A stretch of DNA of 64,000 nt, taken from an uncultured Actinomycetes bacterium (GTDB lineage: Bacteria > Actinomycetota > Thermoleophilia > Gaiellales > JAICJC01). How positions within the stretch are numbered: the first letter of the stretch is position 1; every line of letters begins with the position of its first letter. Made by a program: the position numbers and the translations under genes. Location: the NCBI GenBank assembly GCA_963706075.1, contig CAVPLP010000001.1, positions 912,392-976,391 of the forward strand. The letters are read 5' to 3'. The notes beneath the pieces were generated by a model. It saw only the letters and a program-made list of their open reading frames with translations, was not told the origin of the DNA and did no database searches. This document shows, piece after piece, positions 19,152 to 27,793 of this stretch.

Positions 19152-19550
19152 ATGGACGACTTCTACCGCGAGAACATCCTCGACCACTACAAGAACCCGC
19201 GCAACGCGGGGCATCTCGAGCACCCCTCGGCCACCGCCGAGGGAGTGAACCCGCTCTGCGGCGACGAGCTTGCGGTCGAGCTCGACGTCGACGGCGGCGT
19301 GGTGCGCGACGTGCGCTTCAACGGCCGGGGCTGCGCGATCAGCCAGGCCGCTGCGTCGATGATCTCGGACGTGGTCAAGGGCAAGACGGTCGCCGAGGTG
19401 CGCGCGCTGGGCTCCGAGGATGTGCTCGAGGAGCTCGGCATACCGCTCTCGCCCATCAGGCTCAAGTGCGCCCTCCTTTCGGTGAACGTGCTGCGCGTCG
19501 CCCTCGGCGACGACTCGGACGACCGCGATCTCGAGTGGAAGTCCGAGTAG
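19152..19550 (+). CDS. sufU: SufU/IscU-like sulfur-transfer protein
   Basis: ILDHYKNPRN, NPLCGD, GCAISQAAASM, LKCALL: the SufU-type Zn/Cys ligand pattern. Confidence 0.9.
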   Translation: MDDFYRENILDHYKNPRNAGHLEHPSATAEGVNPLCGDELAVELDVDGGVVRDVRFNGRGCAISQAAASMISDVVKGKTVAEVRALGSEDVLEELGIPLSPIRLKCALLSVNVLRVALGDDSDDRDLEWKSE

Positions 19551-19837
19551 GGCCGCTCGACGACATCGCCGAGGGCGGGGTGAAGATCGTCCAGGCGGGG
19601 TCGCTGTTCCTCGGCGTGTACCGGATCGACGGGAACGTGTACGCGCTCGAGGACCGCTGCAGCCACGACGACGGCCCTCTGTGCGAGGGCGAGCGGGAGG
19701 GGTTCGAGATCGTCTGCCCCCGTCACGGCGCCCGCTTCGACCTCCGCACGGGCGCCGTGCTGTCGCTGCCGGCCACCGAGGACGTCGAGGCATTCCCGGT
19801 CGAGGTGCGCGACGGCGAGGTGTATGTCGTCGTATGA
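19535..19837 (+). CDS. Rieske [2Fe-2S] ferredoxin-like protein
   Basis: CSHDDGPL … CPRHGARF Rieske motifs. GTG 19535 is inside the sufU 3' end (16-nt overlap). Confidence 0.85.
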   Translation: MEVRVGPLDDIAEGGVKIVQAGSLFLGVYRIDGNVYALEDRCSHDDGPLCEGEREGFEIVCPRHGARFDLRTGAVLSLPATEDVEAFPVEVRDGEVYVVV

Positions 19838-19858
19838 GCGGCTCGGTAGACTGACCGC

Positions 19859-20596
19859 GTGGAAGACCTCTCCGAGGCGACCCAGGAATACCTCGAGAGC
19901 ATCTACTGGCTGTACGAGGCGGGCATCGAGCGCACCCAGGCGAACCTCGCCAGGGCGCTGCGGGTGTCACAGCCGTCGGCGTCGGAGATGCTGAAGCGGC
20001 TGGCCGACGAGGGCCTCGTGAGCCGCGACGAGCACAAGCTCATCCACTTCAGCGACCGGGGGCATGAGGTCGCCGAGCGGATCGTCGCCCGCCACCGCAC
20101 CGTCGAGGCGTACCTCGTGAAGGTCATGGGGATCCCGTGGGACGACGTGCACGAGGAAGCGCATGCGATGGAGCACTCCATCTCGCCCCGCCTCGAGACC
20201 AAGATGCTCGAGATGATCGGCGAGGTGCGGACGTGCCCCCACGGGCATCCGATCGGCGACTACCCGCGCGAGCCCGGCGAGTCGCTCCCCGCCGTTCCGG
20301 CGGGCAGCGAGGTGACGGTCCTCAGGCTCGAGAACGAGGCCGAGGAGATCCTGCACTACATGTACCGGGCCGGCGTCGAGCCGGGCCGCCGCTACACGGT
20401 CGCGTCGCGGTCGGGTGAGGGCGACGACGCTCTCACCGAGCTCGAGGCCGACGACGGGACGAGCATCGCGGTCGAGGACATGGTGGCCCGCACGGTCTCT
20501 GTCCGCGTGGAGGAGCGCGGCGACGGGCCGGTCTCGACGCTCGCCGACGCCTCGGCGGAGCTCCAGCTGCTCGGCGCCGACCGCTGGGGGATGTAG
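19859..20596 (+). CDS. DtxR/IdeR/MntR-family metal-dependent transcriptional regulator with FeoA/SH3-like C-domain
   Basis: TQEYLESIYWLYE, wHTH LARALRVSQPSASEMLKRL, metal-site residues HEEAHAMEH and CPHGHPI. Confidence 0.9.
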   Translation: MEDLSEATQEYLESIYWLYEAGIERTQANLARALRVSQPSASEMLKRLADEGLVSRDEHKLIHFSDRGHEVAERIVARHRTVEAYLVKVMGIPWDDVHEEAHAMEHSISPRLETKMLEMIGEVRTCPHGHPIGDYPREPGESLPAVPAGSEVTVLRLENEAEEILHYMYRAGVEPGRRYTVASRSGEGDDALTELEADDGTSIAVEDMVARTVSVRVEERGDGPVSTLADASAELQLLGADRWGM

Positions 20597-20597
20597 C

Positions 20598-21648
20598 TCA
20601 GACGGCGCTCTGGCCGGGCCGCGGCGTCCACCACGCCAGGCAGCAGGTGTAGAGGGGAAAGCGCAGCACCGGTACGGAGTCCGTCATGGCTCCGCGGCGT
20701 GCCACGGAGACCAGGCTCCGCGGAGGGTGATCGACTGAGGCGATGAACCCGAGCGCGCCGCCACCCGGCGCGAACGTCGGGCGGCCGACCGTGTCGCACC
20801 TGAGCGTCTTGGTGCAGTCGAACGCCAGAAAGACCGTGCTGCCCGGGCGGGTCGCGATCTCGGCGAAACCCTGGCCCCCCTGCCAGCTCGATGCGAACAC
20901 CACCGCCCGGCCATCAGGCGACCAGACCGGGTCGTAGGCCGTCGTACTCGCGGGCGAGCTTCTGCGGCGTGCCTCCGTTCGCCGGGACGACCTCGACGGT
21001 GCCGCTCCTGTCGGCGAAGTCTCCCGGCGCGAACGCCGAGATGTACGCGATCCGGCGCCCGTCGGGCGACCACGCCGGGGCAATGGCGAACTCGTGCGGC
21101 GGCGTGACGATGTGGCGGTGAGATCCACCGGCCGTGCTCACGACGAGCGGGGTGCCGCGCTCCGTATGAGCTGATCGGCTGAGGTCGTACACCAGCCGCT
21201 GTCCGTCCGGCGACCACGCGACCGACGTCGACGTGACCGCCGCACCCTGCGTCACGGCCGTGACGTCGTCGCCGTTGGCCTGCATGACCAGCACGTGCCC
21301 CGATCCCGTCGGCGTTCCGACGACGACGGCCAGGCGCGCGCCGTCGGGTGACCACGCCAGGTCGCGGATGGTCTGGTTCGACGGCGCCCGGTAGATCACC
21401 GCCGGCGTACGCCGCTCCGGTGTCGCGACCTCGACCAGCGTCGGGTCGGCGCCCTCGGTCGCGACGCCGACGGCGATCTGCCCGTGCCACTCAAGAGCCG
21501 TCTGCCGGTGCGGCGGCGGGTGGGTCTTCGGCGGGCTCTTGTGCGCCGGGGCGTCGTCGGTGAGAACCAGCACGGCGAACCCCGCGGCCGACGCGGCGAG
21601 GATCAGCCAGATGAGCCAGCTCTTGAGGATGGGCTCGAACCGTTGCAT
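20598..21648 (-). pseudogene. TolB-like beta-propeller (WSPDG/PD40 repeats) membrane-anchored protein, one apparent +1-nt frame disruption
   Basis: ORF 20914..21648 (signal/TM plus repeated WSPDG blades) continues as YDPVWSPDGRAVVF… in ORF 20598..21128. The junction is gag tac gac ggc [c] tac gac ccg near 20935-20942. Total length is 3n+1. Confidence 0.7.
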
Positions 21649-21654
21649 GGTCCC

Positions 21655-21700
21655 CAGAAAAACCGACGGGGCGCACCAGCATGGCCGGTACGCCCCGTCG
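21655..21700 (-). terminator. Intrinsic terminator-like hairpin plus U-tract immediately upstream of the TolB-like start
   Basis: Minus-strand RNA CGACGGGGCGUACC-GGCCAUGCU-GGUGCGCCCCGUCG followed by GUUUUUCU. The ATG (21648) lies 6 nt after the U-tract. Confidence 0.6.
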
Positions 21701-21935
21701 CGGTAGATCGCTTGGATTGGGTAGTGGCGATTGCTGTTCCGAGCACCTCAGAAGGTGACGGAGGCCATCCCAACGCCGGCTGCAGCGATTCCCCTTGGGT
21801 TCAGGGATTCGCCCCTACCCGCGAGCACCTCCACTCGCCCGTCTTGAGCCTTCTAACAAGTCGGACCACCTCCTTTCCGCGGTCTGAACATCGTAGCAAC
21901 GCCGTCCCCCGGCGCCAAGCCCGGGAAGTACATTT
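21701..21935 (-). ncRNA. Candidate structured leader / small RNA (class unknown)
   Basis: About 290 nt without a convincing CDS. Long-range helices are AGAAGG…GACGG / CCGUC.CCUUCU, and GGAGGUGGUCC / GGAUGGCCUCC; the latter has G-U pairs valid only on the minus strand. Contains a perfect SD (AAAGGAGGUG) and a 14-codon mini-ORF at 21815..21859. Confidence 0.35.
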
Positions 21936-21940
21936 CTGCG

Positions 21941-22567
21941 ATGTCCGCGGCGTTCATCACAGGGCTCGGATTCGGCGCCCTCGTCGCTGCCCAGATCGGG
22001 CCGATCTCGCTGCTTCTGATCCGGTCCGTGGTGCGCGGCGGCCGGGTGACGGTCGGGATCGCGATCGGGGCCGGAGCGGCCGTTGTCGACACCGGCTACG
22101 CCGCGCTCGGGATCGCGGGCGCCGGCCCGGTGCTCGTCCACAGCGGCTTTCGGCCGATCCTGGGGATCCTGGGAGCGGCCGTCATCGCCGTGCTCGGCTT
22201 CCGAACCCTGTGGTCGGCGTTTCGCGTCCGAACCGGCGGCGAGATGGAGGCCGAGGTGCGAAGTCCGCGCCGAGCGTTTCTGACGTCGCTCGCCGCGACC
22301 GCCTCGAACCCGACGACCATCGGCTCGTGGGCGGCCATCTTCGCCGCCGCGTCGGCGGCAGGCGTGGCCCGGACCGCGAGTGAGGCGGCCGCGATGCTGG
22401 CCGGCGTCGGGATCGGCTCGCTGGCGTGGTTCGTCGGCCTCTCGTGCGGCGTCGCGCTGGCACGGCACCACGTCGGCGACAGGCTCGTGCGGATCGCCGA
22501 TGTGGTCGCGGGCGCGGGCCTGGTCACGTTCGCCGGGATCCTCGCCTACCAGTCTGCGACCGAGTAG
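21941..22567 (+). CDS. LysE/RhtB-family amino-acid exporter
   Basis: 208 aa, 6 TM. N-terminal FITGLGFGALVAAQIGPISLLLI and SNPTTIGSWAAIF, typical of the LysE family. Confidence 0.85.
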   Translation: MSAAFITGLGFGALVAAQIGPISLLLIRSVVRGGRVTVGIAIGAGAAVVDTGYAALGIAGAGPVLVHSGFRPILGILGAAVIAVLGFRTLWSAFRVRTGGEMEAEVRSPRRAFLTSLAATASNPTTIGSWAAIFAAASAAGVARTASEAAAMLAGVGIGSLAWFVGLSCGVALARHHVGDRLVRIADVVAGAGLVTFAGILAYQSATE

Positions 22568-22571
22568 CTCC

Positions 22572-23421
22572 TCAGACGGCGCGCGTGTACGCCTCGCCGA
22601 TCGAGGCCGGCTCGATCCCGAGCCCCTCGCGCATCGGGGTGAGGTCGCACTCCGTCCCCGCCAGGAGCATCGTGATCTGGTCGGGGGTCACGCGGAGCGG
22701 CGGCGGCAGCCTGCGCAGGAGGAGCCTGGCCTGGAGGCTCACGAACCCCGCCGGGGCGTGCACCTTGGGGTGGGAGCGGCGGCCGGTCACGCGCGCGATC
22801 TCGTCGAGCAGCTCGTCGAACGTGAACACCTGCGGCCCGCCGAGCGGATAGACCTTCCCGATCGTCTCGGGCCGTTCGAGCGCGCGCGAGAACGCGGCCG
22901 CGACGTCTCCCAGCCACACCGGCTGGTGGCGATAGCGCCCGTTCCCGATCACCGGCACGACCGGAAGCCGGGTCAGGCGCTCGAACTCGGCGAACGCCCC
23001 GCCGCTCTGGCTGAAGACGAAGCTCGGCTCGAACACCGTCCAGTCGCAGATCGCTCTCGACGACCGCGCGCTTGGCCTTCCATTTTGCGCCCCAGTACCC
23101 GGTGAGCGGCGCGTGCTCCTGCGTCACGCCGAGCGCGCTCATGTGCAGGAGCCTGCGAACCCCGGCCGCTCGCGCCGCGGCGACGACGTTGCGCGCGCCC
23201 CCGACGACGACCTGGTCGAACTGCTCCGGCGAGCCTTCGAGGATCGCGACGAGATTGACCGCGGCGTCGACGCCGTCCATCGCCTCCTCGACCGACGCCG
23301 GGTCGGCGATGTCGCCGCCCGACGCGCGCGAGAACGGCCGCACCGCGTGGCCGTCGGCCTCGAGCCGGCGGACGACCGCCGCGCCGACGTACCCGGTCGC
23401 GCCGGTCACGAGGACCTTCAT
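22572..23421 (-). pseudogene. NAD(P)-binding SDR (NDUFA9/NmrA-like epimerase family), one apparent +1-nt frame disruption
   Basis: N-terminus [17 protein letters not shown] (Rossmann) in ORF 22546..23421. The C-terminus (DWTVFEPSFVF…GNGRYRHQPVWLGDVA…) is in ORF 22572..23036. The junction is gat ctg [c] gac tgg near 23045. Length is 3n+1. Confidence 0.75.
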
Positions 23422-23984
23422 GGCGTGAAGTTCAGGTGATAGCGGCTCGGGGTCGGCTCGGCCTGCCCCTGGTACTTCGAGCCGAGGCGGCCTGAGCCGT
23501 AGGGGTGCTCGGCCGGCGTCGTGAGCGTGAGGAAGCTGAGCTGGGCGATGCGCATGCCGGGGTAGACCGTGATCGGGAGGTTGGCGACGTTTGCGAGCTC
23601 CAGCGTGATGTGGCCGTCGAACCCGGCGTCGATGACGCCCGCCGTCTGATGCACGACCAGGCCGAGCCGGCCGAGCGAGCTCTTGCCGTCGAGCGTCGCG
23701 ACGATGTCGGTCGGAAGGCCGACGCGCTCGGCGACCACCCCGAGCACGAACTCGCCCGGATGCAGGATGAACGGCTCGTCGTCGGCGACCGTGACGAGCT
23801 CGGTCAGGTCCTCCATCGGAAGCTTGACGTCGATGTAGGGGTAGCGCGAGTTGCGGAACACGCGGAAGGCGCTTCCGACCCGGACGTCGACGCTGGACGG
23901 CTGGACCAGCGCGTCGTCGAACGGGTCGATCACGATTCGCCCCGCCGCGATCTCCTCGCGGATCGACCGGTCAGACAGCACCAT
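23418..23984 (-). CDS. dcd: dCTP deaminase
   Basis: 188 aa. IDPFD…[11 protein letters not shown]-type N-terminus and [15 protein letters not shown]. Confidence 0.95.
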   Translation of the reverse strand: MVLSDRSIREEIAAGRIVIDPFDDALVQPSSVDVRVGSAFRVFRNSRYPYIDVKLPMEDLTELVTVADDEPFILHPGEFVLGVVAERVGLPTDIVATLDGKSSLGRLGLVVHQTAGVIDAGFDGHITLELANVANLPITVYPGMRIAQLSFLTLTTPAEHPYGSGRLGSKYQGQAEPTPSRYHLNFTP

Positions 23985-24055
23985 CCAGCCGAGTCTACCG
24001 GCTGTTGCTGGTAATGTCGGTGCTCGTTTTCTTCCAGCATGGGGGTGTTGGTGAT

Positions 24056-25408
24056 ATGGGGATGACCGTCGAGCTGCGCACCGAGATCCCGGGGCCGAAT
24101 TCGCGCGCGATCATCGCGCGCAAGGAGCGGGTCGTCGCCGCGGCGAAGAGCCTCGTCGCGCCCGTGGTGATCGATCGGGGCGCCGGCTGCACGGTCACCG
24201 ACGTCGACGGCAACACGTTCCTCGACTGGTCGGGCGGCATCGGCTGCCTGAACGTCGGCCACACGAACCCGCGCGTGTCGGCGGCCCTGCATGCCCAGGT
24301 CGACCGCTTCCTCCACACCGACTTCACGATCCTGCCGTACGAGTCCTACGTCGAGCTCGCCGAGCGGCTGCTCGAGCGGACGCCGATCTCGGGCCCCAAG
24401 AAGGCCGCGTTCTTCAACTCCGGCGCCGAGGCCGTCGAGAACGCCGTCAAGATCGCCCGGCACGCCACGGGACGCCAGGCGGTGATCGCCTTCGACGGCG
24501 CGTTCCACGGCCGCACGCTGATGGCGATGTCGCTCACGTCGAAGCAGCATCCGTACAAGGCCGGCATGGGCCCGTTCGCCCCCGAGGTCTACCGCGCGCC
24601 GTTCCCCAACCCGTACCGGTGGCCGGGCTCCGACCCGGCCGGAGAGGCGCTCGACGCGCTGCGGCGGATGCTGACGACGCACGTCGCCGCCGAGAACGTG
24701 GCCGCGATCGTCTTCGAGCCCGTCCAGGGCGAGGGCGGATTCGTGGTGCCCCCCGCCGAGTGGGTGCACGGAGTCCGCGAGCTCGCGTCGAAGCACGGGA
24801 TCGTGCTCGTCGTCGACGAGGTGCAGTCCGGGTTCGGCCGCACCGGGAAGTTCTTCGCCATCGAGCACTTCGGGATCGAGCCCGATCTGCTGGTCGTGGC
24901 CAAGTCGATCGCCGCCGGCGTGCCGATGTCCGGCGTGCTCGGGAAGGCCCACATCGTCGATGCGGCGCCCGACAGCTCGATCGGCGGCACGTTCGTCGGA
25001 TCGCCGCTCGGGTGCGTCGCCGCTCTCGCGGTGATCGAGGAGCTGGAGGGTGGCCTGCTCGAGCGCGGAGTCGCGATCGGCGAGCGGATCCGCAGCCGGT
25101 TCGAGGAGCTTCAGGCCCGGTTCGACCAGATCGGCGAGGTGCGCGGCCTGGGGCCGATGCTGGCGCTCGAGTTCGTCCAGAGCCCGCAGTCGAGGGAGCC
25201 GGCGCCCGCCCTTGCGGCGGCCGTGCGCGAGGCGGCGCTCCAGTCGGGTCTGATCCTGCTTCAGGCCGGCGTCCACTCGAACTGCATCCGGGTCCTGGTC
25301 TCGCTTGTTGCCACCGACGAGCAGATCGACGAGGCGCTCGACATCCTCGCCGTCGCCGTCGAGGCGACGTGCGCGGACTCGTCGCTCGCCGCAACGTCGA
25401 ACCTCTAG
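24056..25408 (+). CDS. gabT: Class III PLP aminotransferase (4-aminobutyrate/omega-aminotransferase-like)
   Basis: [42 protein letters not shown] 24005.. trimmed to ATG 24056. Confidence 0.85.
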   Translation: MGMTVELRTEIPGPNSRAIIARKERVVAAAKSLVAPVVIDRGAGCTVTDVDGNTFLDWSGGIGCLNVGHTNPRVSAALHAQVDRFLHTDFTILPYESYVELAERLLERTPISGPKKAAFFNSGAEAVENAVKIARHATGRQAVIAFDGAFHGRTLMAMSLTSKQHPYKAGMGPFAPEVYRAPFPNPYRWPGSDPAGEALDALRRMLTTHVAAENVAAIVFEPVQGEGGFVVPPAEWVHGVRELASKHGIVLVVDEVQSGFGRTGKFFAIEHFGIEPDLLVVAKSIAAGVPMSGVLGKAHIVDAAPDSSIGGTFVGSPLGCVAALAVIEELEGGLLERGVAIGERIRSRFEELQARFDQIGEVRGLGPMLALEFVQSPQSREPAPALAAAVREAALQSGLILLQAGVHSNCIRVLVSLVATDEQIDEALDILAVAVEATCADSSLAATSNL

Positions 25409-25521
25409 TTCTTTACATTTGGGAGCGCGAGTAAAGACTCCCCAAACACTTCGTTAAGCCCGTTCCCGAACGGTGAATCGGCCGCTACGGTGCTTCCCGG
25501 CCGACTCTTCGGGAGGGTTGT

Positions 25522-26001
25522 ATGAAGGTTCGGATAGTAGGTGTGGTCCTTGTGGCACTGGCGCTCGCGGTCGCGGTTCCTGCCGTTGCCCACGCGGGAT
25601 CACTCAAGCAATTTCGGCATGCGCTCGCGCAGCGCATCAATCATTACCGGGCGGTGCACGGGCGCCACTCGCTGCGGGTCAAGATCCACCTCCGCCAGGC
25701 TGCCCAGGCGCACAGCGGGGACATGGCGAAGCACCACATGCTGTCGCACTCGGCCTCGACGGGGGCCTCGTGGATCACGCGGATCCGCTACTGGGGATAC
25801 CGCGGCACGTACATCGGTGAGGACCTCGCGGCCGGATCGATGACGGCCAAGGGCGTCATGCGCATGTGGCGCGCATCGCCCGAGCACAACGCGAATCTCC
25901 TAAGTGGGCACTACCGGTCGGTCGGCCTCGGCGTGGCCCGGGGCTCGTGGGGAGGCAGCGCGGCCGTCTACGTCACCGCCGACTTCGGCGGCCGCGGCTA
26001 G
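25522..26001 (+). CDS. Secreted CAP/SCP (PR-1-like) domain protein
   Basis: GGGAGG SD. Signal peptide VALALAVAVPAVAHA. HYRAVHG…HSGDM…MWRASPEHNANLL…GVG. Confidence 0.85.
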   Translation: MKVRIVGVVLVALALAVAVPAVAHAGSLKQFRHALAQRINHYRAVHGRHSLRVKIHLRQAAQAHSGDMAKHHMLSHSASTGASWITRIRYWGYRGTYIGEDLAAGSMTAKGVMRMWRASPEHNANLLSGHYRSVGLGVARGSWGGSAAVYVTADFGGRG

Positions 26002-27069
26002 ACGCCGCATCGCGGGAACGAGGATCGCCGCCGCGGCAACGGACGCCGCGGCGGCGATCACGTACGTGCCCTGCACGCCGGCGAAGTGGATGATCGGCGG
26101 CGCGAACCCGAACGAGGCCGCGAACGCGACCAGCAGGGCGGCCTCGCTGGCCGCGATCACCCGTGACCGGACGGCGTCCGGCGTGCGCCGCTGCACGATC
26201 CCCTGCTCGGCCACGCTCCCGGCGCCCTCGGCGACGCCGGCGAAGGCCATCCCGAAGAGCACCATCGCAAACCACCCGGCAACTCCGATCACGGCGAAGC
26301 CGGCCGCCATGCCGGCGGCGCTCGCGATCATGACGGCCCGTTCACGGCGCGATCCGAGCCGCTGGCCCAGGAACGAGCCGGCGATGGCGCCGGCGCCCCA
26401 GGAGCCCGCCAGGAGGCCGTAGCCGGTCGAGCCGACGCCGAAGCTCCGCGCCAGCGGGAGCTCGGCCACGAGCACCGGGCCGACCCCGGCGAGCAGGACG
26501 ACCCACGCGAGCGTGATCATGCGCAGCACCGGGTCGCCGAAGAGGAAGCGGAATCCCGCCCGGACGCCGCGGTGCTCGTCGGACTCCGTCGACACGCGGT
26601 CCGAGAAGCGGCCGTGCACGGTCCTGACGAGCGCGGCCGAGGCCACGAAGCAGGCCGCGTTCAGCAGGAAGACCACCGAGGGAGCGGTCACGCCCACGAG
26701 GACGCCGCCCATGACGGGGCCGAGCACCTGTCCGGCGTTTCGCCCGACCGCGACGGTGCCGTTGGCCCACGCGACCTGGTCGGCCGCGACGAGGTTCGGC
26801 ACGGCCGCGGTGGATGCGGAGTAGAACGGGGCCTGCGCCGCCGCCGACACGAGGGCGATCGCGAGCATGATCGCGGGCGTGCTGGTCAGCGCCAGGCATG
26901 CGATCGCGACCGCGGCCGCGAGGTCGGATGCGATCATCACGTTCCGCCGGTCGAAGCGATCGCCCAGCGCGCCGCCGAACGGCGTCAGGAGGCCGGTGGC
27001 GCCCCACGTCAGAAGGAGCGTGGCCGACATCCAGGCCGCCGAGCCCGTGGCGTCGTAGATCGCGACCAT
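25900..27069 (-). CDS. MFS transporter (EntS/MFS_3-like)
   Basis: About 11-12 TM. MFS-like sequence (…TAIRRIALARLVSLTGGEAAYIAL) continues in frame upstream to ~27160 with no ATG/GTG/TTG, so the true start is unresolved. The 3' end overlaps the convergent CAP gene by ~100 nt. Confidence 0.75.
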   Translation of the reverse strand: MVAIYDATGSAAWMSATLLLTWGATGLLTPFGGALGDRFDRRNVMIASDLAAAVAIACLALTSTPAIMLAIALVSAAAQAPFYSASTAAVPNLVAADQVAWANGTVAVGRNAGQVLGPVMGGVLVGVTAPSVVFLLNAACFVASAALVRTVHGRFSDRVSTESDEHRGVRAGFRFLFGDPVLRMITLAWVVLLAGVGPVLVAELPLARSFGVGSTGYGLLAGSWGAGAIAGSFLGQRLGSRRERAVMIASAAGMAAGFAVIGVAGWFAMVLFGMAFAGVAEGAGSVAEQGIVQRRTPDAVRSRVIAASEAALLVAFAASFGFAPPIIHFAGVQGTYVIAAAASVAAAAILVPAMRRLAAAAEVGGDVDGRAASPRAPGHAEADRPVVPT

Positions 27070-27362
27070 GAGCGCGATGTACGCGGCCTCGCCGCCCGTC
27101 AGCGAGACGAGGCGGGCGAGCGCGATACGGCGGATTGCGGTGCGGGGGGCGGTGGTCAGGTGAGCTCCGATCGGGTGGCGGCCTGAGGGCCGCGGGCAAG
27201 ACGTAAACGGGACACGCGCTCAGCGCGTGAGCAGCGTCGTCAGATGCCGGTGATCGGGTTCACGTCTCGGATCGTAGCACGGCCGAACTGGCGCTCAAGC
27301 TGGGGCAAATGTCGCCGATACAGGTGTGTGCAAGCGCAGTATTTTCTTAACATCCAGCAAAC

Positions 27363-27782
27363 ATGCCAGAATTCCACACCAAGAAAATTACGCTCCCCAG
27401 CGGGAAGACCGTCGAGCTCGTCTACCTGGCCGCCGACGGGGTCGAGGCGCCGATCGAGCCGCCTCCCGCCGGCGAGTCCCAGGTTCGCGTCCGCCGCATC
27501 GAGATCTGCCCCGAGTGCGACTCCGACCGCGTGCACCCCGTGGACTGGCATGAGGTCGACGAGCGCAGCTGGCGCCTCGACGTCCGCTGCCCCGACTGCC
27601 GCTGGATGGGAAGCGACGTCTTCGCCCAGGACGAGGTCGAGCGGTACGACGACCTTCTGAACGCCGGCACCGACGCCCTCATCGACGAGCTCGAGCGCAT
27701 CACGCGCGAGAACATGGCCGATGCTCTCGAGCGCTTCATGCGCGCGCTCGAGGACGACGGCATCATGCCGATCGACTTCTAG
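27363..27782 (+). CDS. Hypothetical protein with CPEC…CPDC zinc-ribbon
   Basis: 139 aa, protein-like and acidic, with a helical C-terminus. Preceded by the most AT-rich stretch of the window. No family recognised. Confidence 0.6.
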   Translation: MPEFHTKKITLPSGKTVELVYLAADGVEAPIEPPPAGESQVRVRRIEICPECDSDRVHPVDWHEVDERSWRLDVRCPDCRWMGSDVFAQDEVERYDDLLNAGTDALIDELERITRENMADALERFMRALEDDGIMPIDF

Positions 27783-27793
27783 CCCCGCGCGCC

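Noticed and set aside
21849-21880. The plus strand reads TAACAAG-TCGGACCACCTCCTTTCC, reminiscent of the 3' end of 16S rRNA (…TAACAAGG…GGATCACCTCCTTTCT).
   Set aside because: No other rRNA-like sequence flanks it. The similarity is explained by it being the complement of a perfect SD on the minus strand plus a short chance match.
21701-21935. Attempted assignment of the leader to known riboswitch classes: ydaO/c-di-AMP (GGUAGGGGCGA, GAAUCCC), cobalamin (GCCACUA), ykkC (UGGUCCGA) and TPP.
   Set aside because: Only isolated 6-10-nt resemblances were found. The required ordered core motifs of each class are not present. An Infernal scan is needed before naming a class.
27213-27229. Perfect 7-bp inverted repeat CACGCGC-TCA-GCGCGTG in the MFS / zinc-ribbon divergent region.
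   Set aside because: It is short and GC-rich, occurs as a single copy, and is expected fairly often by chance at this GC content. It is noted only as context for the MFS start problem.
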